Virus genome (UHGV): UHGV-0118448
Length of the DNA stretch: 36,522 nucleotides
Source: a virus
Strand: one strand, 5' to 3'
A model generated the notes under the pieces. It did no database searches and was not told the origin of the DNA. It was given only the letters and a program-made list of their open reading frames with translations. Positions within the stretch are counted from its first letter, which is position 1. The number at the start of each line of letters is the position of its first letter. The translations under genes and the position numbers were made by a program. This document shows positions 1 to 11,307 of the stretch, in pieces.

Positions 1-49
1 TGACGGGTAAAAAGTGGATAAAATAATTTTACCCACCGGATTTTTACCC

Positions 50-1207
50 ATGCTCACCGTTAAGCAGATTGAAGCAGCAAAGCCGAAAGAAAAACCATAC
101 CGCCTACTCGATGGTAATGGCCTGTACCTTTATGTCCCTGTATCAGGGAAAAAGGTATGGCAGCTTCGCTACAAGATTGACGGTAAGGAGAAAATCCTGA
201 CCGTCGGAAAATATCCGCTTATGACTTTGCAGGAGGCAAGGGATAAAGCATGGACCGCGAGGAAAGACATCTCGGTTGGCATCGATCCGGTAAAGGCGAA
301 AAAGGCTTCGTCTAACAACAATTCCTTTAGTGCGATTTACAAGGAATGGTACGAGCACAAGAAGCAAGTATGGTCAGTAGGGTATGCGACTGAACTTGCA
401 AAAATGTTTGATGACGACATTTTACCTATCATCGGCGGCCTTGAAATTCAGGATATTGAGCCGATGCAACTGTTGGAAGTAATCCGCAGATTTGAAGATC
501 GCGGTGCAATGGAGCGAGCCAACAAAGCCCGCAGAAGATGCGGCGAGGTTTTCCGTTACGCTATTGTCACCGGAAGGGCTAAATATAACCCGGCACCTGA
601 CCTTGCAGACGCCATGAAAGGATACCGCAAGAAAAACTTCCCATTTTTACCTGCCGACCAGATCCCGGCATTCAACAAAGCACTTGCAACATTTTCAGGA
701 AGTATCGTATCGCTCATTGCGACCAAAGTTTTACGTTATACAGCCCTAAGAACGAAAGAGCTTCGTTCCATGCTATGGAAGAACGTCGATTTTGAAAACA
801 GGATTATCACCATCGACGCCAGTGTGATGAAGGGACGCAAAATTCATGTGGTCCCGATGTCAGACCAGGTGGTTGAACTTCTCACTACGCTAAGTTCAAT
901 CACCAAACCAGTCTCAGAGTTTGTTTTTGCCGGGCGCAACGATAAGAAGAAGCCAATCTGCGAGAACGCGGTATTGCTTGTGATCAAACAAATCGGCTAT
1001 GAAGGTCTGGAAAGCGGTCACGGATTCAGGCATGAATTCAGCACGATTATGAACGAGCACGAATGGCCTGCTGACGCTATTGAAGTGCAACTGGCACATG
1101 CCAACGGCGGATCTGTGCGCGGTATTTACAACCATGCTCAGTATCTCGATAAGCGCAGAGAAATGATGCAGTGGTGGGCGGATTGGATTGATGAAAAGGT
1201 GGAGTGA
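50..1207 (+). CDS. int: Tyrosine integrase (P4/IntS-like, 385 aa from ATG 50)
   Basis: N-terminus MLTVKQIEAAKPKEKPYRLLDGNGLYLYV typical of arm-binding domain of P4-type integrases; C-terminal HGFRHEF box and conserved Tyr region (GIYNHAQY). ORF track starts at GTG 14; ATG 50 matches the family N-terminus. Confidence 0.9.
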   Translation: MLTVKQIEAAKPKEKPYRLLDGNGLYLYVPVSGKKVWQLRYKIDGKEKILTVGKYPLMTLQEARDKAWTARKDISVGIDPVKAKKASSNNNSFSAIYKEWYEHKKQVWSVGYATELAKMFDDDILPIIGGLEIQDIEPMQLLEVIRRFEDRGAMERANKARRRCGEVFRYAIVTGRAKYNPAPDLADAMKGYRKKNFPFLPADQIPAFNKALATFSGSIVSLIATKVLRYTALRTKELRSMLWKNVDFENRIITIDASVMKGRKIHVVPMSDQVVELLTTLSSITKPVSEFVFAGRNDKKKPICENAVLLVIKQIGYEGLESGHGFRHEFSTIMNEHEWPADAIEVQLAHANGGSVRGIYNHAQYLDKRREMMQWWADWIDEKVE

Positions 1208-1234
1208 TCCACCTTAACCACAATTGAATAGCAC

Positions 1235-1267
1235 AAAGCCTTGCAATTCAGTGCAAAGCTTTTTGTG
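1235..1267 (+). terminator. Imperfect hairpin with U-tract downstream of int (possible bidirectional terminator between convergent int and tailspike)
   Basis: aaagccttgca / tgcaaagcttt inverted repeat (one mismatch) ending in ttttt, located between the stops of two convergent genes. Confidence 0.4.
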
Positions 1268-1430
1268 TCTCAGTTTTGCCCCATCAACCACAGCAAGTCA
1301 TCGATCGATTAAGATTAAGTAAAGCTATCTGGAAACATATCTTTTTCTGTGTTCTTATTATTATGTAAATATAACCCCACTAATGTGAGGTTATTCTACA
1401 GAATATGTTAATTACCCAACCATCGAAATA

Positions 1431-3335
1431 TCATGCGGATGGCGCATAAATTCCGTTAAAGTTAATTGAAATATCGTAATGTTGCATGTTGGCAGGAGTA
1501 ATCAGTAAATCTCTAAGTGTAACAACCACCCAGGGATTATCAGTGTTTGCTTTATCACAATAAACTCTTGTCGTTGTGGTTGACCCGGCATATACAGATA
1601 CATTTGCCGCAGATAATGTTCCGTCACTAGTGGCGTAATATGTTGCTGATGGCATTGTTGCAGTGCGGCCATGCGTTATTTCCACGATGCCAGCACTCAC
1701 CACAGAAACAGAGATATTATTTCTAATCCACTCTGGGACACCAGAGCCTGAAGGCGGTCTTCCATAACGAATGACTCCTGTTTTTGTATTAACAATAAAA
1801 GAGACGTCGGCATACACCGTGATTTTTAAAGTGAATGCATTGCCAACACGAAGTGGCTCTGCGTAGGCCCTGGCACCTTCTATACCCATAGTGCGATTGA
1901 CATATGCTGTAGCATAAAACCAGTTTTCTGCATTGTCTGCAATTTCTACAGAAAAATATTCCCCATCAGCAGAAACAACTAATTTATGGGCATTGGAAAT
2001 TTTCCATTCACTGTTTACTTCTTTAGATAAAAGAACCCATTTATCGTTATCATTGCTGTATTTAATAGTACCAGCGACTAATTTTGATCTTGTCCAAGGT
2101 GGGGCAAAATTTGAATATTGCGCTAAATCGGTTGAGGTTTTATTACTCGCCCCTCCTTTGACTATAGACCATAACCCCCTAGCACCTTCTCGCCCCATCG
2201 TATTGTAACCACGTTGTGTATAATGGACGCCTCCATCGTAAGTGCCAATATTGCCATCACCTTTTAAAAATGAAGGACAACCATCAAATACTGTCACAGC
2301 ATCAGTTTTGTTATTACAAACCCATCTTTGTGCATTTTGAATAGCAGCCCATGATTCTTCCGTTCGGTTCCCAGGGCAACCAACGGTAAAATTACCAAAT
2401 AAATCAAAATTAATATCGGCTTTCAGGTCATCTATCAAGGCTATAAAGCGGTCTCTATAAGAATTGTATGTGGTTCCTGATGACATATCCGTTTCACCCT
2501 GATGGAACAATACATACGTTTTACCGACAGGCAGACCTGCGGCAACCATCGCCTTTTTAGCTGATACCACGGCATTCACCAACAGCGAGTAGTATGTTGT
2601 CCCTTTTGATAGATGTGCTATCGACATTGCGCCACGGCCACAATGTATCTCCACTGAACCGCGCCCACTAAGGCGATACCATTCATTCTCAAATTCTCCC
2701 CAGGCATGTCCTGATGATGCAACTCCTGAAGAACTAACCACATTCTGAATTATTGGCTTTATAGTTCCATCTTTAAAATCGTACATTAACGATTTAGGAA
2801 GAGGATCTGGAAAACCTGATGTATCACCTGATAAAATAGCCTCGCCTGCGCTATTTGATTGCCCATACGTAACAAACACATCATATACATTTGGCGACTC
2901 AAGGTATTCTGTTGCAATAACATTACTTGCTATTTTTGATGCGGTTACTCCAGATATCATTACTGTACTATTAGTTTCTGACAACCTGCTTTCTAATTGA
3001 TCTGGATCATACTTCAATACGTTTGGAAAATAGAATTGCTGCGAACCATACGCATCATAAACAGCCATAGAATGGCCTTGCACAGTTACGAATTTGGCAA
3101 TCTGTCCGTTATATACAGGGTAACCAGCAGCGTTAATGATGATTGGTTGAGAAACAGGAACGTGAGAGCCATCTTCGTTCTCCACATAAGCCTGAATCTG
3201 GTTTTCAGGATTTACAGGGTCAGTATCAATTTTACCGATATAAATTTTGCCATTAGCTACGGCTTTAAAGGAACGAGCCATAGTGAAGAGTTGCGAAGGC
3301 ATTCCAATTACAACATTTGGGGTGATTTCCGTCAT
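1431..3335 (-). CDS. Tailspike protein: P22 gp9-type head-binding N-terminus fused to a carbohydrate-esterase-like (GQSN / HQGETD) receptor-binding region
   Basis: From internal Met: [43 protein letters not shown] matches the P22 tailspike head-binding domain; AGGA Shine-Dalgarno 8 nt upstream of ATG at 3335; downstream motifs [14 protein letters not shown] and VLFHQGETD. Gene is AT-rich relative to neighbours. Confidence 0.85.
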   Translation of the reverse strand: MTEITPNVVIGMPSQLFTMARSFKAVANGKIYIGKIDTDPVNPENQIQAYVENEDGSHVPVSQPIIINAAGYPVYNGQIAKFVTVQGHSMAVYDAYGSQQFYFPNVLKYDPDQLESRLSETNSTVMISGVTASKIASNVIATEYLESPNVYDVFVTYGQSNSAGEAILSGDTSGFPDPLPKSLMYDFKDGTIKPIIQNVVSSSGVASSGHAWGEFENEWYRLSGRGSVEIHCGRGAMSIAHLSKGTTYYSLLVNAVVSAKKAMVAAGLPVGKTYVLFHQGETDMSSGTTYNSYRDRFIALIDDLKADINFDLFGNFTVGCPGNRTEESWAAIQNAQRWVCNNKTDAVTVFDGCPSFLKGDGNIGTYDGGVHYTQRGYNTMGREGARGLWSIVKGGASNKTSTDLAQYSNFAPPWTRSKLVAGTIKYSNDNDKWVLLSKEVNSEWKISNAHKLVVSADGEYFSVEIADNAENWFYATAYVNRTMGIEGARAYAEPLRVGNAFTLKITVYADVSFIVNTKTGVIRYGRPPSGSGVPEWIRNNISVSVVSAGIVEITHGRTATMPSATYYATSDGTLSAANVSVYAGSTTTTRVYCDKANTDNPWVVVTLRDLLITPANMQHYDISINFNGIYAPSA

Positions 3336-3526
3336 GGGCGCAATCCTATTAGATTGACTCGATAAAGAAGAGAATGGAGTTAATGCTACAAATGACGCTA
3401 TTGATTTGAAAAATGATCTTCTGTTCATTTAAGACACTCTTTAAGCATGACATTTGGTAGTAATGTAAGAAAAAATTACAATCAACTCCATAGCTATTTA
3501 ATTTTTAAAAGTGATTCACACCTGCA

Positions 3527-5920
3527 TTACCCTGACAACACATCAGACTTAGCACCCTGAGTCAGGGCGTTAATGGCCTTTTGCGCCTGCTGCATGGCTT
3601 TCTCAAATGCTGTTGACCCGCGTGGGGTATTTGCCATTCGGAGCATTGCATTTCTGAATGGTTCGCTCTCATAGGCGCGCGTAAGAAGTCCGTAGCTTAC
3701 TGCTGCGCCAGTTGTCGCCGGGTTCATTGCCGTCCCATACCCAATAATGAACGGGATAGTTTGCTGCCCTGTGGGTGTTGTTACTGCCGCTTTTGCAGCC
3801 TGCTGCGTGGATTGCAGGTAGTTTTTTAATCCTTTCAGATAAGCGGCTTCCTGACCTTTAAATGTGATGCCAGTCTGGTTTTGCAGGATGTTAAGCTGTC
3901 GAAGGAACTGGTCAGGGGAGCCACCTGATTTCTCCATCGCCTTTCCAATGATGCCATTGCGCATTTGCGCCCTGCCAACACGACCAACTGAGTTATACAG
4001 CGTCTTAATTTCCGATTTGTTCTTGCTGAATAGCATGTTGTTGACAACTTCCGGCGTCAGGTCGCCTTTCATGAGAACATTCTTCAGCCTGGTATTCTTT
4101 AGTTTCGCCGCTTCGTCAGCGTAGACGGCATTGGCCTGCTGATATTTACGGAGAGTATCGTTGCCAAGATTCTGACCAATGGCACCATTGATATCGTCGG
4201 TCATTGCCTTGTAAACGCGCTGAATGGCAGCATCGGAACGGTTTGGTAACACTGGTCGCTCCCCCTTCACGTCCATTCTGAACTGGCTGCGCAGATCGCT
4301 TAATTGCTTCAAATCCAGATTTACCGGACCATCAGGACCAGCATTGCGAACAAGCTCATCACGATAGGACTGAAGTTTTGAAATAGTCTCGTTATCAGCA
4401 ACCTTACCAAGCTTCTGCAGGTTAGATATTTCTGTATCAATCTGCTGAATTGCTCTTGCAGGCTGAATGTTTATTCCTGCCATAGCATTCTGAACCTGCT
4501 CAAGACGGTTCCCTGCAGCACGACGAATTCCTGATGTTTTCGCTTTAAGGCTGTCAATAACAACAGCTGGATCATACTCACCGAATTTATCAGCAAATCT
4601 CTGCACCAACTGGCTTCTCGCTTCCTGTTGCGTTGCTCTCATTCCGCTTGTGCCAGCCAGGGGGATATTTTCCGCTGTCGTCTGCGCCATTTTTCCGACG
4701 CGGGAAGTGGGTTGTAACAGGTCTGTGGTGTGCAGAGGAACTCCTTCACGTTCTGCAAATCTGATAGCCTGTTGCGCTTCTGGTGCTATCGAACCACGAA
4801 CACCACGATAAGCAGCACCTAATCCACGTCCGGCAGCGTTAATAGCACCGCCAGCCAGCACACCAACGCCTAAATCGGTGGCGAGTGCTTCCGCATCATC
4901 TTTCGCACTGTTTGCAGCAAGTGATCCAACTGCGTTTTCTGCGAGAAGGCGAGTTGCCCCCTGAGCAATTCGACCAGCAAGTGTTGGTGCCTGTGCTGCC
5001 GCTCTCTCAACGCCAGCAGGAGTGAGGTAAGGCAATGCTTCAGCAAATACCCTTCCCTCTGTCGTTTGTGGAGTCAGCGCGCCTTGCTGAAGGCCAAAGT
5101 CCTGCTCTAATCCCTGCGTTGTTACTCGTGGTGCTGGTTGATATGTACCATCGCCAATGCCGAGTTTACCGCCAGCCCAAGCCGCCGCGCTTGTTACAGC
5201 ATCAGTGAGTTCAGCAGGTATGTTCGCTACGTTGATTCCTGCCTGTAGTAAGCCGCGCCCGGTTTCAGCAAGTCCATTACCAAGGTCAGACATTATTCCG
5301 CCTTGCTGCTGAACAGGTTTCGGTGCGACAGAACTTACGGGTTGAGGTGGCTGCTGACTGGCTGCCTGCTGCTCAATCTGAGCAAATGGATTATTTGGGT
5401 CTGACTGCACGCCTGATGCCGATACTTGTTCGGATGACTGTGCTTCCAGTTGTGCAAACGGGTTGTTAGGGTCTTGCTGAGGATGTACCTTTGCAGAGGT
5501 GGCGCGCTGTTCGACTGTTGAGTCTGTCACCGGGTCACCCGCCCATTGAGCAAAGCGATCATCAACGTAACCGCGGCCTTCAGGTCCTGGCGTATATTCA
5601 CCACGCTTTGCCTTCATAACGTTGCCGGGACCGTCGTGATAAGCCTGAAGAGCGTCACGCCAGTTACCAAACTGCTGGTACATCTTTGCCAGATAGCGCG
5701 CGCCAGCGTCAGCCTGATATTCGGGGTTTTGCATTTGCTCATCGGTATAACCCATATCACGCCATGTCCCAGGCATGACCTGAGTCAATCCTACAGCCCC
5801 GGCGGAGCTTACTGCGGCAGGGTTGTAAGAAGACTCCTTGGCACCCAGTGCAGTCATCAACCCTTCTGGCACACCGTAACGTGCGCCAGCCTGCTCTAAC
5901 AAATCACGGTAATTAGCCAT
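3527..5920 (-). CDS. Ejection (internal virion) protein, gp16 position, with N-terminal lytic transglycosylase-like domain
   Basis: Last gene of the 7-20-16 ejection-protein block by synteny; N-terminus contains GLTQVMPGTW and surrounding SLT-like motifs; 797 aa, Ala/Gln-rich low-complexity middle. Confidence 0.75.
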   Translation of the reverse strand: MANYRDLLEQAGARYGVPEGLMTALGAKESSYNPAAVSSAGAVGLTQVMPGTWRDMGYTDEQMQNPEYQADAGARYLAKMYQQFGNWRDALQAYHDGPGNVMKAKRGEYTPGPEGRGYVDDRFAQWAGDPVTDSTVEQRATSAKVHPQQDPNNPFAQLEAQSSEQVSASGVQSDPNNPFAQIEQQAASQQPPQPVSSVAPKPVQQQGGIMSDLGNGLAETGRGLLQAGINVANIPAELTDAVTSAAAWAGGKLGIGDGTYQPAPRVTTQGLEQDFGLQQGALTPQTTEGRVFAEALPYLTPAGVERAAAQAPTLAGRIAQGATRLLAENAVGSLAANSAKDDAEALATDLGVGVLAGGAINAAGRGLGAAYRGVRGSIAPEAQQAIRFAEREGVPLHTTDLLQPTSRVGKMAQTTAENIPLAGTSGMRATQQEARSQLVQRFADKFGEYDPAVVIDSLKAKTSGIRRAAGNRLEQVQNAMAGINIQPARAIQQIDTEISNLQKLGKVADNETISKLQSYRDELVRNAGPDGPVNLDLKQLSDLRSQFRMDVKGERPVLPNRSDAAIQRVYKAMTDDINGAIGQNLGNDTLRKYQQANAVYADEAAKLKNTRLKNVLMKGDLTPEVVNNMLFSKNKSEIKTLYNSVGRVGRAQMRNGIIGKAMEKSGGSPDQFLRQLNILQNQTGITFKGQEAAYLKGLKNYLQSTQQAAKAAVTTPTGQQTIPFIIGYGTAMNPATTGAAVSYGLLTRAYESEPFRNAMLRMANTPRGSTAFEKAMQQAQKAINALTQGAKSDVLSG

Positions 5921-7252
5921 TTACTGCCCCAAAGATGGAAGATATCCGTAGCGATTAATGAAGTCGATTGACAGCTCGGGGTGTTGCTTCAGGTAATCTA
6001 TAGAAGCCTGAGGCGCTTCCACTCGCTTGATACCGTTTTGCTGAACGTACTTACCAACCGCCTCATTACGCTTCTGGTTGAGCGTGTTCAGGATGACGCC
6101 AGCGTTGCGACGAAAGGACTCCTCGCTCTGCGAGTTCTGCAGCGAACCAACAGCCTGGTCGAGCTTTTTGCCCTCGGCATCAGAAAGTGCGCCCATGCCT
6201 CGCATGGCCTGAACCGCTGTCAGGTATGCTTGGGATTTAAAGGTATCAAGTCGTGCCTGAGTGTCTGCAGCCTGTGAGCCTGGAACGTTGGGGATTACTC
6301 CACGTAAGCCTGTAATGCTCTTAAGTGAAGGAGAACTAACGATATCGTTCAGAGTGAACATGCTGGTTGTGAGGGTGTTGATGCCGTCTTTGTAGCCATC
6401 ATTTAGCGCTTGCTGCTTCTGCTGCAACTGCTGGTTGTTGGCTGCTATGCGGCTCTGTATTTCCTGGCGCTTCAGGTCGTTAGTTTCTGCTGATAGCATC
6501 CGGTCAAGGCGCTTATTTTCGTTGTTAATGCGGTTTGTTTCTGCGTCTAGATTAATGCGCTGCTGACCTAAATTCGCCTGGATATCTTGTCCGCGCATTG
6601 TGATTGCCTGATTCCGAGCGGCGGTTTGCGAATCCAGATCCTGACCGCGCATGGTAACCTGGCGACCCTGCATTTTATCCTGTAGGTCAAAGTATTTTTC
6701 GGGCCCGAGACTGTTCATCCCCAGGTGATCGACAAATTCGCCGAACTGCCGCGGGTTCTGTTGGTACATCTGAGCGACGTCCTGAGGATTAACGCCAACA
6801 CGAGCTAACTCACCGGCGTTGTTTTGCAGCCATGATTGCATTGCTTCTGGAGACGATGACGCAAGGCGTGCGCCAGCCGCTAAGGTGCCGATAGAATTAC
6901 GCTGGTCTTCATCAATGAACCCCATGCCTTTACGGACGGATTCAATCTGGTCTGGATATTGAGTAGCCAACTGACGCAAAGCACCGCGATCACCAGACGC
7001 ATAAGCATTAGCGTACGCCTGCTGAAATTCTTTCTGCCGCTGAGCCTGCTTTTCCTGCTGAAACACCCCTGCAATGCCTGAAAGGCCTTGCAAAGCAGTA
7101 AGCCCAACATTGTTAGCGCCTGAACGCTCAATATCATTGTTCTGCCTGATAAGCTGAAGCGTATTGCCGATGTCATTTACGCTCGGAGCGTTTGAGTTGA
7201 CGCCGCCGATACCAGCCAACAATCCGCCATTTGATCCTTGCCAAGTAGCCAT
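5921..7252 (-). CDS. Ejection protein (P22 gp20 position)
   Basis: Position between gp7-like and gp16-like genes; Gln/Asn-rich, coiled-coil-like composition typical of ejection proteins. Confidence 0.65.
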   Translation of the reverse strand: MATWQGSNGGLLAGIGGVNSNAPSVNDIGNTLQLIRQNNDIERSGANNVGLTALQGLSGIAGVFQQEKQAQRQKEFQQAYANAYASGDRGALRQLATQYPDQIESVRKGMGFIDEDQRNSIGTLAAGARLASSSPEAMQSWLQNNAGELARVGVNPQDVAQMYQQNPRQFGEFVDHLGMNSLGPEKYFDLQDKMQGRQVTMRGQDLDSQTAARNQAITMRGQDIQANLGQQRINLDAETNRINNENKRLDRMLSAETNDLKRQEIQSRIAANNQQLQQKQQALNDGYKDGINTLTTSMFTLNDIVSSPSLKSITGLRGVIPNVPGSQAADTQARLDTFKSQAYLTAVQAMRGMGALSDAEGKKLDQAVGSLQNSQSEESFRRNAGVILNTLNQKRNEAVGKYVQQNGIKRVEAPQASIDYLKQHPELSIDFINRYGYLPSLGQ

Positions 7253-7261
7253 GATTACCCC

Positions 7262-7954
7262 TTAAAACAACGAGCCAAGCAATCCGATACCAGCACCAAT
7301 GCCAGCGCCCCAAGGTGTTGATGTTCCCAAAAGGCTGGCAAGACCTGCACCGGCAATCGCACCAGACGTTCCGCCACTAATTGCTGTCTGAAGACTTGAT
7401 GGTTTGTTGGCATTAGCAGCGGCAAGAGCTGCGCTTTGCTGTGCAATGCTGCTCATGTTGTTGGCGTACGTCTGCCCGGCGTTTGCCTGACCTTGCAGAG
7501 CACCAAGCCCAACGTTTGCCAGATTGTTGTAATTGCTCATCTGGTTTGATAACCAAGACTGACCGAGAGTCGGCGCGATCGTAGCCAGTTGATTGCTTGT
7601 GGCTGTCGAACCAAGTCCTCCCGTAGCCTCCGCAGCAGCAAGACTCTGGTAACGAGCCTGACCTGCAAGGTCTTTATACTGCAGAGAGTTGTAATACTGA
7701 TTAAGTGCCTGCCCCTGACCTTCTAAACTGGAAAGGTTCTGAAGCTGGTTAACATACTGCTCCGCAAGAGGCGTGAACGGAGCAAGGTTTTTCATGATCG
7801 TCTGCCACTGCTGATTTTGCAGGTCTGCGGCATACTTCTGAGCTTCTGCTGCATACTTTGCGCTTTTATCAGAGCTACCACCTTTCCCGCCTTTTTCATG
7901 GCACCAAGGTTCCTCGCCGCGCAGTTTTCTGCCCAGCTTAAATGCATATAACAT
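7262..7954 (-). CDS. Ejection protein (P22 gp7-like)
   Basis: 230 aa, N-terminus MLYAFKLGRKLRGEEP and Gly/Ala-rich C-terminus as in P22 gp7; synteny. Confidence 0.75.
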   Translation of the reverse strand: MLYAFKLGRKLRGEEPWCHEKGGKGGSSDKSAKYAAEAQKYAADLQNQQWQTIMKNLAPFTPLAEQYVNQLQNLSSLEGQGQALNQYYNSLQYKDLAGQARYQSLAAAEATGGLGSTATSNQLATIAPTLGQSWLSNQMSNYNNLANVGLGALQGQANAGQTYANNMSSIAQQSAALAAANANKPSSLQTAISGGTSGAIAGAGLASLLGTSTPWGAGIGAGIGLLGSLF

Positions 7955-7956
7955 GG

Positions 7957-8412
7957 CTATCTCCCGTGATTCAGGAAGTCGATTAGTTCTTCGCGTGTGG
8001 CGCTGTAAAAAGTCACGTCATCCACGCCTTTGAAGTATTTCTTGATGGTTCCTACACGCTTAAGGCCAATCATTGCGCAGTACATCTGACCGTGGCGGAA
8101 TTTGCGTGCGGCGAACGATGTGACGCACTGAACGGTGGTGTTAGTCAGAATGTATCGCCAGAACGCCAGCCCGATTTCCTTGCTGAAGCCGCGAATCTCT
8201 GGCAGGTACATGGCGTGGCAATCGAATGTCAGCGGCTGAATCTCCTGATAGTAAACAATTCCGCCGAACTGACCGTGCACGTTCACCTCAAAGTAACGGC
8301 ATTCAGGTTTGTAGTCGTATCCATCGCCGTTGTTGCTCCCGGCGATAATGTCAGGGTGATTTCCGACTGCTTCTATCAGGTCGATGTTTCGCGTTGGTTT
8401 GAATGTAATCAT
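7957..8412 (-). CDS. Head completion / tail accessory protein (P22 gp14 position)
   Basis: Synteny between tail needle and ejection proteins; 151 aa. Confidence 0.55.
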   Translation of the reverse strand: MITFKPTRNIDLIEAVGNHPDIIAGSNNGDGYDYKPECRYFEVNVHGQFGGIVYYQEIQPLTFDCHAMYLPEIRGFSKEIGLAFWRYILTNTTVQCVTSFAARKFRHGQMYCAMIGLKRVGTIKKYFKGVDDVTFYSATREELIDFLNHGR

Positions 8413-9113
8413 CAGTCAATCAGCCCATGTAATCTAAGTGCCGTTTCAAGCGCCAGAATACGCTGCCGCGCCTGCTGCAAACCTGTAGCGAGAGCTGCGA
8501 CTTCGGATTGTGTGTACGTAGTGCCGACAGTGTATGACTGGTTAGCGTTGAATGAGCCAAGAAGTGGCGTACCTGTGGCTGCAGTCCATCCGGTATTTCT
8601 TGCTCCAACAACCTGAATTCCATCAACTGAATATGATGTTTTTACATCCAGCGGTGACGCAAGAGACTGCGATTCGGTTACGGTTTTCGATACGTAATCA
8701 CTCTTAATGCCAGAGACATCGTTTTCTACGTCATCCAACCTTTGGTCAACAGTGACCAGATGCGCCTGAATATCGATAACCTCATCCAGCAAGTAATCAA
8801 CATCGCTACGTAGTACGACTATCTTCCCTTCGGCGGTTGTTAACCTGACCTCAAGGAGATTTATCGCTTTTGTGTTTGCGGTGATTCTTGCATCGTGATC
8901 TGCCAGTTCGACGTCCTGTTCATCGTTTTTCACCTGAGCATCGTAAGCGCCCTGACCAGCCTGATTTGCCTTCCCGGCAATTGCGCCGACATCAGCCCCC
9001 TGATTAATGACATACAGCAGGTAAGACTGGCTGAATATATTGCGTGGAAGGATTGATGTATCGAGCCGCGTCGCCTGAACAATAACCGGTGTGTTGAGAT
9101 TCGAATCAGCCAT
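8412..9113 (-). CDS. Tail needle protein (P22 gp26-like)
   Basis: 233 aa; N-terminus [50 protein letters not shown] and C-terminus [21 protein letters not shown] match P22 gp26 pattern. Confidence 0.85.
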   Translation of the reverse strand: MADSNLNTPVIVQATRLDTSILPRNIFSQSYLLYVINQGADVGAIAGKANQAGQGAYDAQVKNDEQDVELADHDARITANTKAINLLEVRLTTAEGKIVVLRSDVDYLLDEVIDIQAHLVTVDQRLDDVENDVSGIKSDYVSKTVTESQSLASPLDVKTSYSVDGIQVVGARNTGWTAATGTPLLGSFNANQSYTVGTTYTQSEVAALATGLQQARQRILALETALRLHGLID

Positions 9114-10531
9114 TACTCAATCCTTATCTGGCAGCCTGACAGAGTGACAGGTGACTTCGTGATAACGCGCAATTTGAAGCCGACATTTTTCCTGATGCGC
9201 CCGACTCGCTTCCACAAAACGCGTTTGTCGTAAACGAACGGTTCATTCTGCTCAATCATCTGCTCACGTCCGTAATTGATTCCGTCAGTGGTTGCAGAAA
9301 GGAACAGGCGGTCGGCGTACTGCGCAACGCCAGTTGACGATTCAACCTCAAGGTCGAACACTCTGGCGTTATCTGCTTTGAACAGCGGAGTAAACAGAAG
9401 ATGTTCCTGTTGCTTGTCGTACTGGCTGCTGATGTCGAATTGCAATTTCCCGGTCACGGACTCCAGCTTATCGCCGCACGTTATCTGATTTCCTTCGTAA
9501 ATGAAGTCAATAGCGCGGTACACATCGTCATATAAGCCTGTTTTCAGCACACACCATTGTGGGCCATTGGCGCTTGAAGATGCGTCGTACACGAGGACGT
9601 GGCGCGGAAGGTGGATAATCAGCAACTCATGAGCATCAAATCGCAGCGATTCCATTACACCATCAGCCAGTTCATTAGCAGTGTAGGAGCGTAGTATTTT
9701 CTCAATGCTCGCGCTGGCGATTGGTGACACCTGCCCGGAGCCGATGATGTATACAGACGGCGCACCTGTTGCCGGATTGCTGATGAACGCATAGGAATCA
9801 GCAAACGGCGTTTTGCAGTAAGTTCCGGCGATGCCTTTTTGCACCATCAGCGATGGCTGCGCGACATACAAAGCAGCACCAACGGTAGTTGCGCCTGTCA
9901 GGGAGAAATATTCAATCGTCGATGAACCAAAGCAGACGATGAAGTCTCGCCATGTACCTATGCCGATGATGCCGTCCGGCTGCGATTCTGCGCGATATTG
10001 TGCGCTGTAACGGTCAGGATGCGATTCGTCTTCAAGGTCAGTGATAAACCATGAATCAGTTCCGTCTTTTGACCACGCATAACGCCCACGTAAGCGCGTA
10101 ATGTCGCGAACTGAACCTAACTCGTACTGTGTGAATCCGCTGTCTGTAGGCCAGTTTGAGACGGTTTTAACCGTGCCATCATAGCGATACTCGACCAGTT
10201 GACCATTAACGCCTACCGCCTGTGATGTTCGACCATGCGCCATTGATACGCGACCACTTCCGGCAACATCACCAACCTCGCTTTCGCCCTTATACAGCTT
10301 GCCACCACACACGCGATAAACAGCATTCTGCGCCATGTTGTACTCGACGCCTCGCGATACGCCGTTCACATCAGAACGTTTGGCAATGCCCGGGAATGAG
10401 CGAAGATATCCGCTGCTGTTGAGGATTTCTTTGGGTGTAGCCAACATATTCACTGGTAGATAGTCGATATAGTCAGCGTTTCTAAAGTCTTTGCCGACAC
10501 CTTTCATAAGCGGAAGTTGCTGAATCGGCAT
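9113..10531 (-). CDS. Tail hub / head completion protein (P22 gp10-like)
   Basis: 472 aa, same length and position as P22 gp10; start codon overlaps upstream stop. Confidence 0.8.
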   Translation of the reverse strand: MPIQQLPLMKGVGKDFRNADYIDYLPVNMLATPKEILNSSGYLRSFPGIAKRSDVNGVSRGVEYNMAQNAVYRVCGGKLYKGESEVGDVAGSGRVSMAHGRTSQAVGVNGQLVEYRYDGTVKTVSNWPTDSGFTQYELGSVRDITRLRGRYAWSKDGTDSWFITDLEDESHPDRYSAQYRAESQPDGIIGIGTWRDFIVCFGSSTIEYFSLTGATTVGAALYVAQPSLMVQKGIAGTYCKTPFADSYAFISNPATGAPSVYIIGSGQVSPIASASIEKILRSYTANELADGVMESLRFDAHELLIIHLPRHVLVYDASSSANGPQWCVLKTGLYDDVYRAIDFIYEGNQITCGDKLESVTGKLQFDISSQYDKQQEHLLFTPLFKADNARVFDLEVESSTGVAQYADRLFLSATTDGINYGREQMIEQNEPFVYDKRVLWKRVGRIRKNVGFKLRVITKSPVTLSGCQIRIE

Positions 10532-11008
10532 TATTCGCTCCCATTATCGCAAGGTTCCTTTCGGTGGAAGTAATTCCAACCGTTCCACTTCGCCAACTGG
10601 TTTCCACTGCCAACAGGCATACGGTTTGGATAACCGGACTTACATTTAGCGGCTTTTGCTCTGTCCATTGCAGACAGTTTGACGAGTCGCTCTTTCCCGT
10701 ATCTGGCAGTGGTTATAAGTTTTGCTGACGCTTCCAGCGCATAATCCGGAGCAATGCGGCAGGCAAGGTTGAAAATGACGGCATTGATAGCGTTATTTGA
10801 TAAACCGTGCTCATCGCCCGGATCCGGAGCGACATCTGCATCAGCAAAAATGTAGCCAACGTTGATCCCAGGTGACGCATCACCGCCAAGCCATTCAGCC
10901 ATCATCATTTCAAGGTCGTTGACGCCGTCTTCCATAGACTGCGGTTCGACATCAGTTAACGTGGCATTTGATGCCACACCGAGCTTACGTAATGCCGCAA
11001 GGACTAAA

Positions 11009-11031
<23 letters not shown>
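10531..11031 (-). CDS. Head-tail adaptor (P22 gp4-like), start at internal Met [10 protein letters not shown]
   Basis: [33 protein letters not shown] matches P22 gp4 N-terminus; the longer ORF-track start runs through a hexanucleotide repeat giving an SQSQSQ artefact. Confidence 0.8.
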
Positions 11032-11263
<232 letters not shown>

Positions 11264-11275
11264 GCTTGTCTCCAG

Positions 11276-11299
11276 ATAAAAAAGGGAGCCGAAGCTCCC
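11276..11299 (-). terminator. Intrinsic terminator immediately downstream of coat gene
   Basis: On minus strand: GGGAGC-TTCG-GCTCCC hairpin followed by TTTTTTAT, directly after the coat stop codon. Confidence 0.7.
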
Positions 11300-11307
11300 T
11301 CTGGTTA

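Noticed and set aside
3336-3428. ORF-track N-terminal extension of the tailspike with a twin-arginine-like motif ([21 protein letters not shown]...)
   Set aside because: The P22-type head-binding domain begins at the internal Met with a proper AGGA Shine-Dalgarno; the extension is AT-rich with rare AGA/ATA/AGG codons, and a signal peptide on a tailspike would be incompatible with virion assembly. Most likely promoter/leader sequence.
8092-8616. 174-aa plus-strand ORF antisense to gp14/gp26, and similar antisense ORFs throughout the late operon (for example 5546-5899, 13606-13887, 15247-15561)
   Set aside because: They lie fully inside well-supported minus-strand structural genes, have no ribosome-binding sites and show low-complexity composition typical of antisense frames in GC-balanced coding DNA.
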